Assembly (NCBI RefSeq): GCF_006345805.1
Contig: NC_043000.1
Coordinates: 132,680,001-132,744,000, forward strand
Reading direction: 5' to 3'
Source: Octopus sinensis
Lineage: Eukaryota
DNA length: 64,000 nt
Part shown: positions 23,079-35,224 of the stretch, in pieces
How positions within the stretch are numbered: position 1 is the stretch's first letter
Layout: every line of letters begins with the position of its first letter
Translations under genes and position numbers: made by a program
Notes under the pieces: generated by a model
The model's database searches: none
Told to the model about the DNA's origin: nothing
Seen by the model: the letters and a program-made list of their open reading frames with translations, nothing else

Positions 23079-23345
23079 GTGGAGGCGCGTGGCTTAGTGG
23101 TTAGGGTCTCTGCATCATGATCGTAAGATTGTGGTTTCGATTCCTGGACTGGGCGACGCGTTGTGTTCTTGAGCAAAACATTTCATTTCACGTTGCTCCA
23201 GTCCACTCAGCTGGCAAAAATGAGTAACACTGTGATGGACTGCCGTCCCGTCCAGCTGGGGAACACATACGCCATTGAAACCGGGAAACCGGGCCCATGA
23301 GTTTGGCTAGGCTTTAAAAAAGGGCGCATTTGTCTTCTTTATTTT
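23079..23345 (+). mobile_element. SINE family C (tRNA head GGAGGCGCGTGGCTTAGTGG, Meta-like central domain)
   Basis: A and B boxes, with TSD ATTTCTACATAT. The domain name is from recall. Confidence 0.85.
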
Positions 23346-23887
23346 ATTTCTACATATAGAGTATATTGTTTCCTGAATATTTACACGTTTAACTGTAAGA
23401 GTATTTTAATTATCACGAGATATTGAGCATATTCAGTGGTAGTATTTTTAATAAACAATTTTTCTTGATCTAAGGTTTTGACACAACAAATATAAAGAGC
23501 CAAGACATAGAATGTTGGTTGCTGCAATAGGCACATTCGAGTATTCCGCCATCACGTTGATTGATGGGAAGATATACAAAAACAACCACGGATAAAAATA
23601 TATGCCCCCGTAGAGTTTCTTACGGTCTCCTGTAGAAAGAGAGATTAGCCTCAAGTAGGAGCACTTCTTTTCGTTCTAACATCCATTTTTCCACACTGGC
23701 ATGGATCGGACGGAGTTCTTAAGGCAGATTTTCTATAGCCGGGTGTTCTTCCTATTGCCAGTAGTCACTTGCTTCCAAGAAAGGTAATATTTCCTTATGG
23801 CCAGACATGTTTTCACGGAAGGCTGGAAACGAAAGTTATCGCTTATATGGCGGAGACGCTGGCTTAGAACCATCTCATGAGATCAAG

Positions 23888-24058
23888 GACACACACACAC
23901 ACACGATGGGCTTCTTTCTGTCTACCAAAACCACTCACAAGGTTTCGGTCGGGCTGGGGATATTGTGGAAGGTATTTTCCCAAGGTAGTGCGTGGTAGTC
24001 CTGAACCAGAAACCACACGGTTGGGAAGCAAGCTTCTTATCACACAGCCATGCCCGTA
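23888..24058 (-). mobile_element. SINE family A, 5' half, decayed
   Basis: Head and CORE-like part only. Confidence 0.7.
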
Positions 24059-24504
24059 TCTATTGTTCTTTCAAATTGATTGGCGCCAAATTACTAATAA
24101 TCAGTGAAAGGTCGAGCAGAAGTGATTTACATGTCATCAACGATAAGCCCTCGGGTCAGCCCTGATTGAGTATACCTGTAATGAAAAGTGTTCCGACCGT
24201 GTAACCACCCTGCCTTTTATTCCAGCAGTTTATTTCCGACTATATTATCCAAATGATGTCCTTCCTTTTCTTTTTAACAGTGCGATATAAATTTGAGGGA
24301 GATATCCATTTATAGCAGTTCTGACGCTCACACGAGACCTCGCTTCGTTGGCATGTTTCCTCACACGGTAAAAGCCTTGGCGACTTCATGAATGTCATCT
24401 ATAGAAAGAGGATGATGGGTGCTGTGGGTTTCTATCAGCAAACTTGATAGCATGTGTAATTGATATGGTTTGTAGAAGTTATTCAGATAGTCTTAACAGA
24501 TATA

Positions 24505-25033
24505 TTTTGTCTTTTGTCATTTACTGTTTCAGTCAACTGGCTGCAGCCATGCTGGGGCAGTTTTTTTATTTATTTATGCGCCCTTTTCAAACCTAGCCAG
24601 GCTCATGGGCCCGGTTTCCCGGTTTCTGTGGCGTATGTGTTCCCCCCAGCTGGACGGGACGCCAGTCTATCGCAGCGTTACCCAAGAAACAAGAAGAAAG
24701 AGTGAGAGAAAGTTGGGGCGAAAGAGTACAACAGGAGTCGCCACCACCCCCTGTCGGAGCCTCGTGGAGCTTTTAGATGTTTTCGCTCAATAAACACACT
24801 CAACGCCCGGTCTGGGAATCGAAACCGCGATCCTCCGACCGCGAGTCCGCTGCCCTAACCACTGGGTCATTGCGCCTCTACTGCTGGGGCATTGCCCTGA
24901 AGAAATTTATTGTCGAATGAATCAACCCCAGCACTTTTGCTTTTTAAGCCCGGTACTTATTCTATTGGTTTCTTTTGCCAAATCGATAGGTTACGGGTAT
25001 GTAAACATACCAACACCGATTAAAAGCGGTGAT

Positions 25034-25115
<82 letters not shown>

Positions 25116-25262
25116 GACGGGCCTCTTTCAGTTTCCGTCTACCAAATCTATTCACAAGGTATAGGTCGGCCCGAGGCAATAGAAGATTCCACGCAATGGG
25201 ACTGAACGCAGAACCATGTTTTTAGGAAGCAAACTCCTTACTATGCAACCACGCTTGAGCCT
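24505..25262 (-). mobile_element. SINE family A with a nested family C copy (24561-24880)
   Basis: The A body resumes on both sides of the C copy, and tgctgggg is duplicated at the insertion. Confidence 0.8.
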
Positions 25263-25550
25263 ATTCTAAGAAGTCACAAATCAAATAAAAAATATGTACA
25301 GACGTATCAGCATGATGAAGAAGCTTCGCAACCTCACAGTTCTAGGTTCAATCTCATTGCACAATACCTCGTACAATTGTCTTCTACTGTAACCAGGAGT
25401 TGTGTAAAACTGGTGTTAGGTCAAAAGGCCTAACTTACAGATTTGATGAATATAGATCAATAAAATAGGTGCTGGTATTGATGTGATTAATTAAAACTTT
25501 GAAAGGTGACGACCTTCACTGACAAACCATAAAAGATTTTTTTTAAATGC

Positions 25551-25872
25551 AAGGCGCAGGAGTGGCTTGTTTACCAACCACATGGTTCCGGGTTCAGTCC
25601 CACTGCGTGGCACCTTGGGCAAGTGTCTTCTACTATAGCCTCGGGCCGACCAAAGCCTTGTGAGTGGATTTGGTAGACGGAAACTGAAAGAAGCCTATCG
25701 TATATATGTATATGTATGTGTGTGTCTGTGTTTGTGTGTCTGTGTTTGTCCCCCCAACATCACTTGACAACCGATGCTGGTGTGTTTACGTCACTATCAC
25801 TTAGCGGTTGCTCGATTAAAGGCGGTGCTCCAGCATGGCCGCAGTCAAATGACTGAAACAAGTAAAAGAGTA
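25551..25872 (+). mobile_element. SINE family A, internally deleted
   Basis: Head and tail are intact and two internal segments are missing. Confidence 0.88.
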
Positions 25873-26134
25873 TACATTAAGCTTCACGAAGTTCTAAAAT
25901 TTCTTTCTTTTGTGCTGGATATCAGAAATATTACGTTCTTACCTATTCGGGGAAAAAATAGGATTTACATGGAAATTATTGCTATGAAAATGAACGACCC
26001 ATCAAGATATGTGAGACGATAATAAACACGCTGTCTTCTTATCTTGCTGGTAAAAGAACAGCTCCAGACCCCACCTCAGCACTATACTATACCCTTACTA
26101 TATTTATCAAAATTTCTACTTTTCTAACGCTAAG

Positions 26135-26198
26135 GGTTCGATGGTGAGCGGTCTGGACTTTGAATCCAGTGATCCGAGTTCACGCCTCACCAGCACCT
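26135..26198 (+). pseudogene. tRNA-Gln(UUG) pseudogene
   Basis: GGTTCGATGGTG..AGC, anticodon arm CTGGA-CTTTGAA-TCCAG and GATCCGAGTTCA. About 8 nt of the D-loop are missing and the acceptor 3' strand is mutated. Confidence 0.7.
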
Positions 26199-26216
26199 AG
26201 GACTTAAAATTTTTAT

Positions 26217-26370
26217 AGGCGTAGATGTGGCGGTTTGGTAAGGAATTTGCTTTCCAACGACTTGGTTTTAAGTTCAGTTTCACTGCACGGCACCTTGAGG
26301 AAGTATCTTCTACTATACACCCGGGCCGATCAAAGGCTTGGAAGTGGACTTGATAGACGGAAAGCCATCA
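26217..26370 (+). mobile_element. SINE family A, decayed 5' half
   Basis: Degenerate head and CORE-like region. Confidence 0.6.
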
Positions 26371-26601
26371 TTGCTCGAAAAACTCAGATGAATAAACATT
26401 TAGAATAGCGGTTAAGGCTAATACGAAACGATATTTCACTAGTATTCAGCAAACCCCAAAGTATCCAAGATTATTGGTACATTTAAAATGGCGTAATTAT
26501 AATAATAAAACATGAAACGAATGGATTAGAGGGATGTTACTATACACGTTTCAGTAGCATATTTATTGTGTCATACAATCTGGTTTGCAATATTATATAA
26601 G

Positions 26602-26992
26602 GGCGGCGAGCAGGCAGAATTGTTAGCACGCCGGGCGAAATGCTTAGCGGTATTTCGTCTGCATTACGTTCTGAGTTCAAATTCCGCCGAAGTCGACTTT
26701 GCCTTTCATCCTTTCGGGGTCGATAAATTAAGTACCAGTTACGCACTGGGGTCGACATAATCAACTTAATCCGTTTGTCTGTCCTTGTTTGTCCCCTTTG
26801 TGTTTAGCCCTTTGTGGGTAATAAAGAAATAGGTATTTCGTCTGCATTACGTTCTAAGTTCAAATTCCGCCGAGGTCGACTTTGCCTTTCATCCTTTCGG
26901 AGTCGATTAAATAAGTACCAGTTACGCACTGGGGTCGATGTAATCGGCTTAATCTTCTTCATGTTTAGCCGCCTGTGAGCAATAAAGAAATA
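26602..26992 (+). mobile_element. SINE family B dimer
   Basis: The second monomer starts at ggtatttcgtc without an A box. It has a 13-bp TSD AATATTATATAAG. Confidence 0.9.
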
Positions 26993-27050
26993 AATATTAT
27001 ATAAGATTATACAGTAAGGTGCTTACGCAACCTTGCCACTTCCAGTAGTA

Positions 27051-28320
27051 TGAGGGGCGTTCAATAAGTAATGCCCCTGACCCACTTCCCATAGCAGTAG
27101 AGCAACGAAACTTGGCGCAGTTATTAGTCTTTTTCTACATAGCAACCACCCAGAGTTACGCATTTCTCCCATTGTTTGATGCAGCTCTGGAGACCGTATT
27201 GTAGAAGACCCCAGCTTGGTCCTCCAACCTGAACGTGACTTCAGAAATCAAGGCTGCATCATCTGGGAAACGCTTTCCTTTCAAAAACAACTTCATGACT
27301 GGGAAGAGGTGAAAATCAGAGGGTGCAAGGTCAGGAAAGTTCATAGCCATACGCCTGTGCTTCTGATCTGGCGACAAGCGAGTTGTGAACCGGAGCGTTG
27401 TCCTGCAGGAGGAGGATGCCTTTGCTGATCTTGCCCCGCCTCTTGATTTTGATAACTTCTCTTAATTTCATAAAAAATGAAGCATAATAGGCTCCTGCAA
27501 TTGTGGTACCGTTTGCCAGGAAATCTGTCATCACTACTCCGTCCTGGTCCCAGAAGACTGTGAGCATGACCTTGCCAGCGGAGGGCTGCACTCTTGCCTT
27601 CTTTGGAGGGGGTGAGTCACGGTGCTTCCACTGCATTGACTGGGCTTTGGTCTCTGGATCATCGTGATGGACCCAGGTTTCATCCTGTGTAATCAGTCTT
27701 TTGAAAAATTTTGACTCATCTTCTTGGCACATCTCCAAATTCACCCTCGAGCACTCGACGCGTTCTTGCTTCTGGAAAGGCGTGAGCAACCTGGGAATCC
27801 ATCTGGCAGACACCTTTTGCATATGCAAATGGTCATGAATGATAGTTTCCACAGACCCGGTACTAATCTTGACCTCATGGGCTATTTGGCGAATAATTAT
27901 GCGTCGATCTTCCAAAATGGCAGCCTCAACTTGACGGACAGATGCCTCATCAATGGCAGAAGGGGCGACCAGATCTGGGAGCTGTTTCCACAGAGTTCCG
28001 ACCATGTTTGAATTCACGATGCCAGCGTTTTACAAGGTCATATGATGGGGCATCATCACCATAAGTTACTTTCATTTCATCAAAAGTCTCCCGTGGTGTG
28101 CGTCCTTTCAAATACAAAAACCGGATCACTGCTCGACACTCAACAGGCTCCATTTCACACTTGACTCGGTTCAAACACCTGTAAATCAGAAACCACAATT
28201 AATTCAGAGCTGTAATTTGCCATTTACTCTATATAGATATAAATGATTGCACATGCAAAATTTCAGCTATATCAAACAACTGCAAGTGGGTCAGAGGCAT
28301 TACTTATTGAACGTCCCTCG
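27051..28320 (-). mobile_element. Full-length mariner (DD34D-type) transposon with pseudogenised transposase (about 28153-27124)
   Basis: 34-bp TIRs (3 mismatches) and TA duplications at 27049-50 and 28321-22. Motifs RWIPRLL, QDETW, QDNAPVH and PDLAPSDF are present, with frameshifts and a deletion of the LPHPPYS segment. Confidence 0.96.
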
Positions 28321-28522
28321 TACGTATCTCCTATTATGATATGTTACCCGAAGGTGTAGCAAAGTTACGTAAACACTCTATGGTATAATTTTATATAATC
28401 TTGCCTACCAAGTTATATGACGCAATATGTTAATAAATTTGCTACTAAAATTCGTGTAGCAACACCCATTTGTTTCATGCTATATTAATATATATACATA
28501 CACACACACGTATATATATATA

Positions 28523-28877
28523 TCTATTATATAAAATCCGTTCTGTCTGTCTGTGTGAGTGTCTTCTAGGATCTCGGGCATCATCCATCCGATTGCACTT
28601 AAATTTGATATGTAAATACCGACGGTATCAGGAAAAAAATTACAAAAATCGATTCCAGGTGAGAATGCGATCGATAAAGTGAATAAAATCGTTTTCCTTT
28701 GGAATAGAAAAAAAGTCTATCTTTATTTCTTCTTTTGCTGGTGTCTCAAATTTAGGTTAAATCAGTGTTTCTCAAAGGGGAGGTCTATGGAACGGTCGGA
28801 CAAGTTGTTTTGAGAAAATTTGGTTTAAATGTTTGACAACTCAGCACGGTCCATTGGACGGAGGGGCGTTTTGCTCG
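28523..28877 (+). mobile_element. Non-autonomous Helitron-like element
   Basis: A|TC start (tctattatataaaatccg). It ends in a small hairpin + CTCG|T (imperfect CTRR). Confidence 0.45.
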
Positions 28878-28881
28878 TATA

Positions 28882-29239
28882 TCTCTCTCTATATAAACGG
28901 CAGTTTGTCTGTGTGTCTGTTTGGTTGTACCCTCACCCTGACCACGGCTTTCAACCGATTCTGATGAAACTTGACACACACATAGCCCAATGTCATAATT
29001 CAAAACTAACGCAGCGAAAATTTTGAAAAGTTCCCCCAGTTCTGAAAAAAATTGATAAATTCGACATAGGGTCGAGAATCAGAAACACAAACCACAGACG
29101 CAACTCGAACTTTTTAACTCTCAAAAAAATTTACCATCATTTTATTTCCATTTTTTTGCTCTTTTTTGGCTATAACTCTCTAAAAATGCTTTATAGTTAT
29201 TTCCCTTACAAACCCGAGCAACGCCGGGCGATACTGCTA

Positions 29240-29240
<1 letters not shown>
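28882..29240 (+). mobile_element. Non-autonomous Helitron
   Basis: A|TC start, 3' hairpin cccgagcaacgccggg, CTAG|T end, no TSD. Confidence 0.85.
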
Positions 29241-29286
<46 letters not shown>

Positions 29287-29305
29287 TACATACATACATA
29301 CATGT
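29241..29305. repeat. (TA)n(CA)n(CATA)n tract
   Basis: Direct reading. Confidence 0.9.
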
Positions 29306-29319
29306 GTGTATCAATGAGT

Positions 29320-29532
29320 GTGGGTTTTGTGTTTGTCTCCCGGCACCGCTTAACAATCAGTGTTGGTTTGTTTACGTCCCTCCCCCAACTTAGCAGATCG
29401 GCTTAAGAAACCGATGGAATAAGTACTAGGCGTTAAAAGGAATAAATTCTGGAGTCGATTCGTTCGACTACAACCCTTCAGGGCAATGTCCAAGCATGGC
29501 CGAAATCCAATGACTGAAACAAAAAGATAAAA
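29320..29532 (+). mobile_element. SINE family A, decayed 3' half
   Basis: Matches the second half and tail of family A. Confidence 0.65.
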
Positions 29533-30075
29533 ACAATATATATATATATATATTAGCCGGCGTGTAAGATGCACACTTAGTATTGCGGAAAATATATGGT
29601 TCTACACATGTGAATACAATATTGTGACAATATAAGGAAAAGGAAGCATGAAACCACAAACTACGGTGTGCAAGTACCATATTTCAACATAATCTTTCTG
29701 ATCAACTGAATCGTTATATTTTGGTTAAGAGAATTACCGAACAGGATGTAAACCTCGTATTTCTTGCTGTGATGTCTTAAACAATATAACCGCAAACAGC
29801 CACCAGGATGGCGTGCCAACGCTATAATTTTCTCATTCACTCATGCAAATAGCGTCGGACTGGTGAAAGAAACACTCCTTTCATTTTTAAATTCTTTATT
29901 TAGATAATAAGCAAATGTTTCTTAAAGGTAACACACTTCCTGTATAACTTAAGAGAGATATCAAGTGTAGATTATGTAAACGAATGGATTACAGGGGTCT
30001 TACTACACACGTTTCAGTAGCATATTTATTACTGACACATTGGGTCATACAATTTGGTTTGCAATATTACATAAG

Positions 30076-30385
30076 GGCGACGAGCTGGCAGAATCGTTAT
30101 CACGTCGGGCGAAATACCTAGCGGTATTTCGTCTGCCGTTGCGTTCTGTGTTCAAATTTCGCCTTTCATCCTTTCGGGGTCGATAAATCAAGTACCAGTT
30201 ACGCACTGGAGTCGATGTAATCGACTTAATCCGTTTGTCTGTCCCCTCTGTGTGTAGCCCCTTGTGGGCAGTAAAGAAATAGGTATTTCGTCTGCCGTTG
30301 CGTTCTGTGTTCAAATTTCACTGAGGTCGACTTTGCCTTTCATCCTTTCGGAGTCGATTAAATAAGTACCAATTACGCACTGGTA
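30076..30385 (+). mobile_element. SINE family B dimer, 3'-truncated
   Basis: Same dimer junction and same upstream flank as the 26602 copy. Confidence 0.85.
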
Positions 30386-30779
30386 CTTATTTAAGTACCA
30401 GCGATATGATGTGACTTACCCATGTAACTTAACATAAGCAATTTTTCGTAAATGCTAGCACTGATATTTTGGCTTGTTTTCAATATTTTATAAGTAAAAA
30501 TTGTGCGAAGCAAACTTATGCTCATCTGACAAACCTAGCTTACGACACTAGGTCTCCCATCCGCAAAACAGCCTCATTACATGGAAGAAAATTTAATACA
30601 GCGAAAAAACGTCATATACGCCAGTAAATACAGTGATTGAAAGGGCTGACAGTGTCAGTTAAGAGGTGTATCCAACCCCAAGTGAGGTGTCCTTAACTAA
30701 AGCACAGCCAGCGAGTAACAAAGTTACGTACAAAATTATAAACCATCGCCCTTCGTCACGTTGAGTGTTGTGCCTCTCC

Positions 30780-31450
30780 AGTAGACACCACTACGGCTGT
30801 CATGGCCAGATGAGAGACATAAACGCTTGCACTTCAATGTCATTTGTCAGTAGTCCTGTACCTAAAACCAGTATTATTGCACTTGACATTTGCAAAGTAT
30901 TCGAGCATAGGCGTAGGAGTAGCTGTGTGGTAAGTAGCTTGCTTACCAGCCACATGGTTCCGGGTTCAGTCCCACTGCGTGACACCTTGGGCAAAGTGTC
31001 TTCTACTATAGCCTCGGGCCGACCAAAGTCTTGTGAATGGATTTGGTGGACAGAAACTGAAAGACGCCCGTCGTATATATATATATATATGTATTTGTGT
31101 GTATATGTTTGTCCCACCCCCTACATCGCTTGACCTCCCCGTGTGTTTACGTCCCCGTAACATAGCGGTTCGGCAAAAGAGACCGATAGAATAGGTACTA
31201 GGCTTACAAAGAATAAGTCCTGGGGTCGTTTTGCTCGACTAAAGGCGGTGCTCAAGCATGGCCACAGTCACATGACTGAAACAAGTAAAAGAGTATATCT
31301 GACATGAAAACCTCCAGGTGAAGTTACCCAATGATGGTCAACCTAACTAAAACTATTTTTCATTTCTTGAGTCGAAAACTCTTTGTTGTGTTACAACATT
31401 GTAATATTGGTTAAGTTCTCTTCCAACCCTATTTCCAAGTAATTAATGAC
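30780..31450 (+). mobile_element. Decayed CR1/Jockey-group RT fragment interrupted by a SINE
   Basis: IIALDICKVFE before the SINE at 30909, and a (W)HENLQVKLP-like continuation after 31295. Confidence 0.45.
30909..31294 (+). mobile_element. SINE family A
   Basis: Full-length copy. Confidence 0.9.
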
Positions 31451-31559
31451 CGACACACAAAATTCTAATAAGATCGATACATGTGCAGAGAGTATCGATC
31501 TTCATTCATTCCAGCTTAATTTTCACACAACATAAATACTCTACCCCAGCTATACACTT

Positions 31560-31810
31560 CCTCCATGAAGAGAGACCCTGGTAACATTCTTCAATAGAGG
31601 CATGAAAAAATCCACTATCTTCTAAGAACAGATACAATCGTTGTATATACACCAAGCGAACAATCTTACAACTCACTTTATCTACATATGAACAATAACC
31701 TCAGGGATTACAAATTCTACTTATTTTGTTGTTGCGTGACTCATTTACACAGACAATTCATTTCTTCCGACATCGCCTACTCGATTCACATCCCAAATAC
31801 CATACTAAAC
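31560..31810 (-). mobile_element. Decayed RTE LINE C-terminal fragment
   Basis: Remnants resembling YG.E.WAMSEEM...LGV..IVSVLRR with many stops. Confidence 0.4.
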
Positions 31811-31811
31811 A

Positions 31812-32000
31812 TATTTCTTTACTACCCACAAGGGGCTAAACACAGAGAGGACAAACAAACGGATTAAGTCGATTGTATCGACCCCGAAAGGATGAAAGAC
31901 AAAGTCGACCTCGGCGGAATTTGAACTCACAACGTAACGGCAGATGAAATACCGCGAAGCATTTCGCCCACCGTGCTAACGTTTCTGCCAGCTCGCCGCC
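31812..32000 (-). mobile_element. SINE family B monomer
   Basis: Head to tail, with a small internal deletion. Confidence 0.85.
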
Positions 32001-32931
32001 TTTTTACTAAAGATGTCACTTCTAGTGTTTATCTCCTGCATTAACCGCTTCGCACGGTCTTTCCGCCTTCGGAATGTTGTCCCTCGGGAATGCCTTCGCT
32101 TTCCAGGTTTTCCTGCAGCCATCATTTGCAAATTATTAAAGATCATTAACTGTACCAATATCCCCCCGATCCAGAAGCTATAATCTATTAATGATAGACT
32201 GTGGTACCGAATTGAGATGTTCATAATACTGGCAAGAGAGGAGAAGACTCAAAAGCAAGCTATTCTCGATACAATACATGAAAGCAAAACTTACAAGAGC
32301 CAGATAGCTCAAAAGATTATGAGACACATATCATTCAACGGCCATTCTCCATACTGGCATGGGACGGATAGCTTGACAGGATACAGTGATCCACAAGATT
32401 GCGTAGAGCACCAATGTCTACTTTGGCAAGGTTTTTTGCAGCAGGATACCCTTCCTAACGCCAACCACTTTAAAGAGTACTGGGTATTTTTTCATGCCAC
32501 CGGTACTAGCGAGGTTGCCAAGTAATTTGCATGACAGAAAAGCAACAGGAACAGTGAAAAAAAACCCTCGACCAAGAAGAGGGTGGGGAGCATATGAGAC
32601 GGGGAGATGATTGTTAGATGTTGATGCGCTTAGGTATGATAGAGGGACAACCATAGGTGTCTTACTACAGAGGAGACACATGACTACTCTGTTATATAAG
32701 GGTAGATGGGAAGATAAAGATGGTGAAGCAGTGCAAGAGCAAACTCTCAAGGTACAAGATGATCATGGACAGAAGATACAGACAATGGATTAGTCGGGAG
32801 GAGAGTGGGTATACGTCAAAGTAAATATACTACATAATATAGTCCAGTGTACTGAATTTCGTACAACACTGAGTAAAAGTTCTGCTTGAGTGCAGTTTGG
32901 TCATAAATTTTGTAAAACAGAAGAGAACATA

Positions 32932-33192
32932 CGCGCAGGAGTGGCTGTGTGGTAAGTAGCTTGATTACCAACCACATGGTTCCGGGTTCAGTCCCACTGC
33001 GTGGCACCTTGGGCAAGTGTCGTCTACTATAGCCTCGGGATTTGGTAGACGGAAACTGAAAGAAGCCCGTCGTATATATGTATATAAATATATGTAAGTG
33101 TGTCTGTGTTTGTCCCCCCAACATCGTTTGACAACCGATGCTGGTGTGTTTACGTCCCCGCAACTTGAAATGACTGAATCAAGTAAAAGAAT
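32932..33192 (+). mobile_element. SINE family A, internally deleted
   Basis: Head, CORE-like region and tail are present. Confidence 0.88.
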
Positions 33193-33420
33193 ATCCCAAC
33201 TGAATTTAGTCATTCTCAACAAACGTGGTCTTTGTTTCAAGACAAAAATAATTATCTTTGGGACAGCAAATAGAAGTGGCCGCACAGCAGACAAAATGTC
33301 AAAGTTTTTAATTACTCCCAGATGGCAAAACTCATTTATGTCAACTAGTAACTTTTATTTTTGCAGATCAATAAAACAAGTGGAATAGTAATAAACTATT
33401 TCCCCCTGCTGAAGACGTGG

Positions 33421-33799
33421 TCTTTTACTCTTATTCTTTTACTTGTTTCAGTCATTTGACTGCGGCCATGTTGGAGCACCGCATTTAGTCGAGCATATCG
33501 ACTCCAGGACTTATTCTTTGTAAGCCTAGTACTTATTCTATCGGTCTCTTTTGCCGAATCGCTAAGTTACGGGGACGTAAACACACCAGCATCGGTTGTC
33601 AAGCGATGTTGGAGGGACAGACACACATAACACACGACGGGTTTCTTTCAGTCTCCGTCTACCAAATCCACGCACAAGTCTTTGGTCGGCCCGAGGCTAT
33701 AGTACAAGACACTTTGCCCAAGGTGTCACGCAGTGGGACTGAACCCGGGACCATGTGATTGGTAAGCAAGCTACTAACCACACAGCCACTCCTGCGCCT
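33421..33799 (-). mobile_element. SINE family A
   Basis: Full-length copy. Confidence 0.9.
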
Positions 33800-33819
33800 A
33801 TATAGAAATTATTAAGGCA

Positions 33820-34470
33820 ATACGTTGGAAGAATCATTAGCATGCAAGACAAAATGCTTAGCAGCATCTCTTTTGGCTCTTTACATACCAAGTTCTAATT
33901 CCTCTTGGGTTCACTTTGCCTTTCATCTTTTTTTTTTTTGGAGTCGATAAATTAAGTACCAGTGACACACTGAGGTCAATATAATCGACTATTCCCCTTC
34001 CCCCAAATTTCAGGTTTTGTGCCTTTAGTAGTAGAAAAGATTGTTATCGTTAGGACACCTTAGTGGCATTTCGCTCGTCATTACATTCTGACTTCAAATT
34101 CTGCCACGGTCAACTGCCTTTCATCCTTTGGAAGTCAATAAGTACCAGTTATATACTGGGGTTGATGTAACTGACTAGCCCCTGCACCCCCAAAAAATTC
34201 CAGGCCTCGTGCCTATAATAGAAAGGATTATTATTATTATTATTATTAAGGCGGTTAACTGGCCGAATCATTTGCACACCAGGTGTAATGCTTAGCGGCA
34301 TTTCGCCCGTCGCTACATTGTGTTCAAATCCTGCCGAGGTCGATTTTGCCTTTCATCCTTTCGGGGTTGATAAATTAAGTACCAGTTATATGCTGGGGTT
34401 GATGTAATCGACTAGTCTTCCCCACACCACCAAAATTTCAGACCTTGTGGCTTTAGCAGAAATTATTATT
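33820..34470 (+). mobile_element. Three tandem, CpG-decayed family B copies
   Basis: About 33820-34050, 34060-34230 and 34245-34470. Confidence 0.8.
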
Positions 34471-34611
34471 GTTAACTTTGGAGAAAGCAATAATACTTTC
34501 CAGTAAATTCTTAATTTCTGTATTATAAATGGAAAGATGTACTATAAAATTATTGCTGCTACTATTTGCTTTCATCAGCACTGAATAGATGCATTGTAGC
34601 ACAAGCTAATT

Positions 34612-34845
34612 ACATCATCAACATCATCGTTTAACGTCCGCTTTCCATGCTGGCATGGGTTGGACGATTTGACTGAGGGTTGGTGAACCAGATGGCTGCA
34701 CCAGGCTTCAATTTTGATCTGGCAGAGTTTCTACAGCTGATGCCCTTCCTAACGCCAACCACTCCGAGAGTGTAGTGGGTGCTTTTACATGCCACCGGCA
34801 CGGAAGCCAGTCAGCAGGTACTGGCAACGACCTGCTCAAGACTAA
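34612..34845 (-). mobile_element. Family D retroposon ((GAT)n tail; GGTTGGCGTTAGGAAGGGCATCCAGCTGTAGAAAC core)
   Basis: Matches the intronic family D copies. It is followed by a fragment of the C-related tail to about 34950. Confidence 0.8.
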
Positions 34846-34964
34846 AATGGCACTCCGTCGTTTAGGATGACGAGTGTTCCAGCTGATCCAATCAACAGAA
34901 CAGCCTGCTTGTGAAATTAACATTCAAGTAGCTGAGCACTCCACAGACACAAAAATACTCCTAA

Positions 34965-35186
34965 CCCTTTCGATACCAACTCGGTTGATACCGGTTCGGG
35001 TTCTGTAGTACAAATGTCTTGTTTTCATAAGTTTTGAATTAAAATCTTCCACCAAACCTTAGTCACAATTTATGTTCCTAACACTAGCTGAATGATAACT
35101 AAGTTACCTTATTAAATTCTTTGTTATATTTAAAATCAATTGAAAGAAACATGGGGCATCTCAAAAGAAATACGGTAATGAAATGG
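34965..35186. mobile_element. piggyBac-type MITE (old)
   Basis: (c)taa|ccctttcgatacc ... ggtaatgaaatgg|ttaa termini. Confidence 0.55.
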
Positions 35187-35224
35187 TTAATATAGTTCTC
35201 AAGAAGATTCAACGGGACACAGAA

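Noticed and set aside
23400-23654. Hydrophobic minus-strand ORF after a good acceptor (GDRKKLYGGIYFYPWLF...)
   Set aside because: No recognisable family. Other frames faintly resemble a decayed GIY-YIG region, so a TE remnant is as likely as an exon.
26520-26600. Minus-strand tgtatgac...tactgaaacgtgta (also at about 30000-30060) as a hammerhead remnant
   Set aside because: The core box and stems cannot be reconstructed convincingly.
29835-29860. Octamer motif ATGCAAAT in a CpG-retaining patch
   Set aside because: A single 8-mer is expected by chance in 64 kb of AT-rich DNA, and there is no canonical Sox partner site or nearby promoter evidence.
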